Assembly: GCF_039541115.1 (NCBI RefSeq)
Contig: NZ_BAABFP010000004.1
Coordinates: forward strand, 372,001-436,000
Direction: 5' to 3'
Source of the DNA: Angustibacter luteus
Lineage (GTDB): Bacteria; Actinomycetota; Actinomycetes; Actinomycetales; Angustibacteraceae
Length of the DNA: 64,000 nt
The notes below the pieces were generated by a model. That model was not told the origin of the DNA. It saw only the letters and a list, made by a program, of their open reading frames with translations, and did no database searches. Every line of letters starts with the position of its first letter. The stretch's first letter is position 1. A program made the position numbers and the translations under genes. Positions 60,323 through 64,000 of the stretch are shown piece after piece.

Positions 60323-61114
60323 TCATCGTCCTTCAAAGGTCGGATCGCGGCGCTCCATGAATGCGCGCTGTCCCTCGCGCGCGTCCTCCGAGTCGAGGCA
60401 CGCCGCGACGTGACGTTCGGCGCGTTCGGCGAGAGTGCTGTTCGTGCGGGCCTTGATCGAGGTCTTCGCCGCGCGGACGGACAGCGGGGCGTTCGCAGCG
60501 ATCTGGCTGGCCACTTCGAGGACGTGTGCCTCCAAGGACGCGGAATCGACGACACGGTTGATCAGGCCGATCGATTGGGCCTCCTCGGCGGTCAAGGTCC
60601 TGCCAGTGAAGAGCATGTCCGACGCATGTCCGGGTCCGACGGCATCGACGAGTGCGTGGGTCAGGGTCACCGGGTATCCGATGCCGAGGCGTGCCGCTGG
60701 GATGGCGAACCGGCCGGTAGGTGACGAGATTCGGAGATCGGCGGCAAGCGCGAGAGCCATTCCAGCCCCGATGCAGTAGCCGTGCACCATGACGATCAGT
60801 GGAGTTGTGAGCTCGCTCAAGGTCCCGAAGAGCGTGCCAACGGCCTCCTCGTTCTCCTGTCGGGAGGCTTGCTTCGTCTGGTGGGTTTCGAACTCGGAGA
60901 TGTCTGCGCCGGCGGCGAACGCGTCTGTTCCGCGGCCTCGAAGCACGATGACCCGGATCGTGGGGTCGTCATCGAGTGCACGCAGAGTACTACCCAACGT
61001 CGCCATCATCGAGGTGGAGATGGCATTGCGTCGCGTTGGGTTGTCCAGCGTGACCCAACCAATGCCGTCGCGGATTTCTGTCCCAACGATGCCTACGGAT
61101 TCGGGTGGGGTCAT
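60323..61114 (-). CDS. Enoyl-CoA hydratase/isomerase family (atypical catalytic residues)
   Basis: FAAGADISEF, GYCIGAG, PAARLGIGY, EGQRAF. Confidence 0.88.
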   Translation of the reverse strand: MTPPESVGIVGTEIRDGIGWVTLDNPTRRNAISTSMMATLGSTLRALDDDPTIRVIVLRGRGTDAFAAGADISEFETHQTKQASRQENEEAVGTLFGTLSELTTPLIVMVHGYCIGAGMALALAADLRISSPTGRFAIPAARLGIGYPVTLTHALVDAVGPGHASDMLFTGRTLTAEEAQSIGLINRVVDSASLEAHVLEVASQIAANAPLSVRAAKTSIKARTNSTLAERAERHVAACLDSEDAREGQRAFMERRDPTFEGR

Positions 61115-61950
61115 GAGAGCGTCTCCGCCCGATAGGTGTTGCGGATCGCGCCGATTCCCTCGATGCGGACCTCGAACTGATCTCCGTCCTTGAGGAACAG
61201 CGGGGGCTGTCTCACGGCGCCGACGCCTGCCGGCGTCCCCGTCAGGATGATGTCCCCCGGCTCAAGGGTCATGAACGTGGTGATGTAGCTGATGAGTCGC
61301 GGCAGTCCAAAGATCAGGTGAGAAGTGCGGTCTTCTTGGACGGGCTCGTCGTTCAGGAGGCCTGTGATCTGCAGATCGGGCGAGTCGCCGCCGAGTGCAG
61401 CTGCTGGGACCACGACAGGCCCGAGGGGGGTGAGGCCATCCCACGCCTTCCCCGCCGTGCGCTGGGTGGTGTGAAATTGAAAGTCTCGCACCGAGCCATC
61501 GTTGGCTGCCGTGTACCCAAACACCACGTCCCGTACGGCAGCCTGGGCAACGCGCCGACACGTGCGGCCGATCACCACGGCGAGCTCGCTCTCGAAGTCG
61601 ATCTGAGTTGACTCAGGGGGGAGAGCGACGTCCGCGTACGGCCCAGCGAGCGCGTTGTCCCACTTGGCAAACAGGTCTGGGTGCTCGGGTGGCGCGGGAC
61701 GCCCACCTTCGTGCACGTGCGCAAGGTAGTTCTGTCCAACGCAGATGATCTTGCGGGGGCGGCCCACGGGGCTCAGGAGCTCCTCGGGATCCATGGCAAA
61801 GCTGTCGCCACGGGTGATTCGCGCGGCGTCACCGCCTGCAGCGCCCAGGAGCTCTGGCAAGTCGGTGTACTCACGACCGTCGACCAGCGCCGGCGTTGCC
61901 TGGCCCGTGTTGGGTTCGTGGAGCACAACAAGGGACGCGGCATTGCGCAT
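61111..61950 (-). CDS. Fumarylacetoacetate hydrolase family protein
   Basis: CVGQNY..H, DFESEL, ANDGSVRD, GDIILTGTP; start ATG 61950 or 62010. Confidence 0.9.
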   Translation of the reverse strand: MRNAASLVVLHEPNTGQATPALVDGREYTDLPELLGAAGGDAARITRGDSFAMDPEELLSPVGRPRKIICVGQNYLAHVHEGGRPAPPEHPDLFAKWDNALAGPYADVALPPESTQIDFESELAVVIGRTCRRVAQAAVRDVVFGYTAANDGSVRDFQFHTTQRTAGKAWDGLTPLGPVVVPAAALGGDSPDLQITGLLNDEPVQEDRTSHLIFGLPRLISYITTFMTLEPGDIILTGTPAGVGAVRQPPLFLKDGDQFEVRIEGIGAIRNTYRAETLS

Positions 61951-62041
61951 GACCCTGCCGAGTCCGGTCTGCCCACCCCATGGGTTCGTGCTCACCGTGG
62001 TACGTCCCATCTGCGGCCGTGAATGGCCACTCAGTGCTAGA

Positions 62042-62107
62042 CGTGATGGTTTCGTGATGCCAGACTATGGACTTGTAACATTTCAGTCAACCGGTGCTGA
62101 TGTATGA
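62042..62107. promoter_or_regulatory. Divergent control region for the FAH-phaC operon and DUF3500
   Basis: Minus strand TTGACT-N17-TAGTCT (62090-62062); CGTGATG direct repeats at 62042 and 62053; TGATGTATGA at 62098-62107. Confidence 0.65.
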
Positions 62108-62122
62108 CGGAGGCTTGCGGCG

Positions 62123-63373
62123 ATGAGCTCGTTCAGGGATTTCCTCTTTCCCCTCGACCACCCTCGGCTGGCCGGACTGGACGAGTTTGACGCTTACAGC
62201 TACCCCGATGCCATCCGGACCAACCCGATGGTGGACGAGGCCCTGACTGGGTGGCTCAACTTGTTTGAGACCTCCGAGTTCGGCGGCATCACAACTGACG
62301 GTTCGCTCATACCGGGGCTCTTTGGTCTCGAGGGCTCGGACGAACCTCCCAACCACGCAGCCGCCACGGCGGCTCGGGAACTCCTTGACGCTCTGCCGAG
62401 CACACTGCGCGATCGAGTCTCGCATCCCCTGGACAGCAAGGTGTGGCGAGCCTGGATGAACCCCGAGTTCTACGTGAACAGGTTCGGCCTACGTCTCGAG
62501 GAGCTCGAACCGGCGCACATTGAGCGGGTCCTCGCACTCCTGGCGGCCAGCCTGAGCCCGGCCGGGTTCGAGAAGACCCGGTTGCTTATGAAGGTCAACC
62601 AGTTCCTTGGCGAACTGGTGCATCTACCGAAGCTTCTCAACGAGTTCAGCTACAACATCAACCTGTTCGGGGACCCGGCAAGCGGCCAGCCGTGGGGGTG
62701 GAATCTGTACGGCCACCACGTCTGCCTCAACACGTTGTTCATCGCTGACCGGCAGGTCTTCACGCCGGTCTTCTTTGGAGCCGAACCAGTGGAGATGGAC
62801 GAAGGGGAAGCCGCGGGCACGGTGCTCTTCACCGATCAGGAGCGGCTCGGGCTTGAGCTCATCCAGGCGCTGTCACCGGAGCAGGCGGAGGCGGCGATCC
62901 TGTACCACCAGAAGCGGGACCCGACAATGCCGGCCGACCGGAGGCACCCCGGCGACGAACTGCATCTTGGCGGAGCGTTCCAGGACAACCGAGTCATCCC
63001 CTACGAGGGTGTCGCGGGTTCTCGACTGGATGCATCCCAGCGGGCGCGAATCTTGGAGCTCGTCGAAGTCTTCCTGGATTACCAGCCTGAAGGTCCACGA
63101 CGGGCACGGGTCGCCGATGCTCGCCGTCACCTGGATGACACCTGGTTCTGCTGGATCGGTGGGACTCGCCTTGGCGATGCCTTCTACTACCGGATCCAAA
63201 GCCCCGTGATCCTAATTGAGTTCGACCACCATGCTGGCATCTTCTTGGCCAACACGGAACCAGAGCGATTCCACGTACACACGCTCGTGCGCACCCCCAA
63301 TGGCAACGACTACGGCGTCGACCTGGTCCGTCAGGCCACCGGGGACCCACAGCGCCTGAATGGTCCGGCCTGA
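62123..63373 (+). CDS. DUF3500-like protein
   Basis: WGWNLYGHHVCLN, PVFFGAEP, YYRIQSPVILIEFDHH, HVHTLVRTPNGNDYG. Confidence 0.8.
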   Translation: MSSFRDFLFPLDHPRLAGLDEFDAYSYPDAIRTNPMVDEALTGWLNLFETSEFGGITTDGSLIPGLFGLEGSDEPPNHAAATAARELLDALPSTLRDRVSHPLDSKVWRAWMNPEFYVNRFGLRLEELEPAHIERVLALLAASLSPAGFEKTRLLMKVNQFLGELVHLPKLLNEFSYNINLFGDPASGQPWGWNLYGHHVCLNTLFIADRQVFTPVFFGAEPVEMDEGEAAGTVLFTDQERLGLELIQALSPEQAEAAILYHQKRDPTMPADRRHPGDELHLGGAFQDNRVIPYEGVAGSRLDASQRARILELVEVFLDYQPEGPRRARVADARRHLDDTWFCWIGGTRLGDAFYYRIQSPVILIEFDHHAGIFLANTEPERFHVHTLVRTPNGNDYGVDLVRQATGDPQRLNGPA

Positions 63374-63786
63374 TGGCTGGCCCAGACAACGATGCTGAGC
63401 GCGCTTGCGAGCGCCTCATCATCCAGTTTGCCCACTATCTCGATCATCGCCGCTTCACCGAGGTGGCCGCTTTGTTCGCGGAAGACGGGGTCTGGCTACG
63501 GCATGGCGAGCAACTCGTTGGGCCCCAGGCAATCCGGTCGCTGTTGGAACAGCGATCCGCAACGCAGGTTGAGCGGCATGTGATGACGACGGTGTTGGTT
63601 GAGCAGGCATCACCGACCGAGTGCACGGCTGTCAGCTACGTGCTCATCTTTAGGGCGCATGGTCCGGATCCCCACGGTCAGCTGCCCAAGGTGGGGGAGT
63701 TCCACGACCGGTTCAGCCTGACTCCGCACGGATGGAGGTTCGCCTTTCGGACCTCCCTGCCCGCGTTTGCCGGCGACTCGCAGTAG
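63373..63786 (+). CDS. SnoaL/NTF2-like protein
   Basis: FAHYLD..LFAEDG, RHVMTT, GEFHDRF..GWRF; coupled to DUF3500. Confidence 0.82.
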   Translation: MAGPDNDAERACERLIIQFAHYLDHRRFTEVAALFAEDGVWLRHGEQLVGPQAIRSLLEQRSATQVERHVMTTVLVEQASPTECTAVSYVLIFRAHGPDPHGQLPKVGEFHDRFSLTPHGWRFAFRTSLPAFAGDSQ

Positions 63787-64000
63787 CAGCCCCGGCCGAA
63801 CCGACCGCGCCGCCTTCGGGTGGAGTTGCTACACCATGAGGGCCTGACAGGGTCGGGAGACTTGGCAGCCAGTGGCGGGACGGCCGCCGCGACCCCTTGG
63901 TGACCGGACATCACCGCTGCCTTGGAAACTGCCCATGACGGGCACCACATCCGGCCTCAAGTCCTGCGTCCAGGCTCACCCGGCGGTCTGCCCCGTTGCG

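Larger units (their letters stand above)
48548..64000. mobile_element. tRNA-Arg-anchored genomic island (right end beyond the window)
   Basis: Integrase directly 3' of the tRNA; visibly lower GC (spot counts 35/60 at 51061-51120 vs 49/60 at 8101-8160); TTA codons in several island genes; pseudogene debris. Confidence 0.8.

Noticed and set aside
63787..64000. Possible right att site at the window end
   Set aside because: No copy of the tRNA-Arg 3' sequence found here; the island likely continues

Overview
High-GC actinobacterial chromosome segment; the genus cannot be fixed from sequence alone. Bases 1-48.5 kb look like host backbone: prs, regulators, CoA-transferase/thiolase genes, a secreted zinc metallopeptidase, a cysteine dioxygenase-like/rhodanese pair, a TetR-linked fatty-acyl cluster (acyl-CoA oxidase; fadA2/fabG4/MaoC-like), a Ca2+/H+ antiporter, two DNA glycosylases around pxpABC, MarR-MFS, a PAS-GGDEF-EAL protein, an acyl-CoA ligase, LCP, tRNA-Ser(GCT), a PBP, a LacI-controlled sugar locus (family-5 ABC transporter with GH13, GH35 and GH39), pckG and tRNA-Arg(ACG). 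From the tRNA-Arg 3' end to the window edge there is a lower-GC genomic island. It begins with a 5'-truncated tyrosine integrase and carries a storage-lipid module (class II-like PHA synthase, PHA depolymerase, AlkK-like acyl-CoA ligase, WS/DGAT, esterase, two crotonases, SDR, FAH, DUF3500, SnoaL). A TGATRYATCA palindrome sits inside several island promoters and probably marks a GntR regulon. The best hidden signals are this regulon (which includes an unannotated 72-aa ORF), a leaderless 31-aa Cys-containing leader peptide with alternative RNA pairings upstream of the dioxygenase, and pxpABC coupled to alkA. Start codons were refined by eye and no database searches were run.
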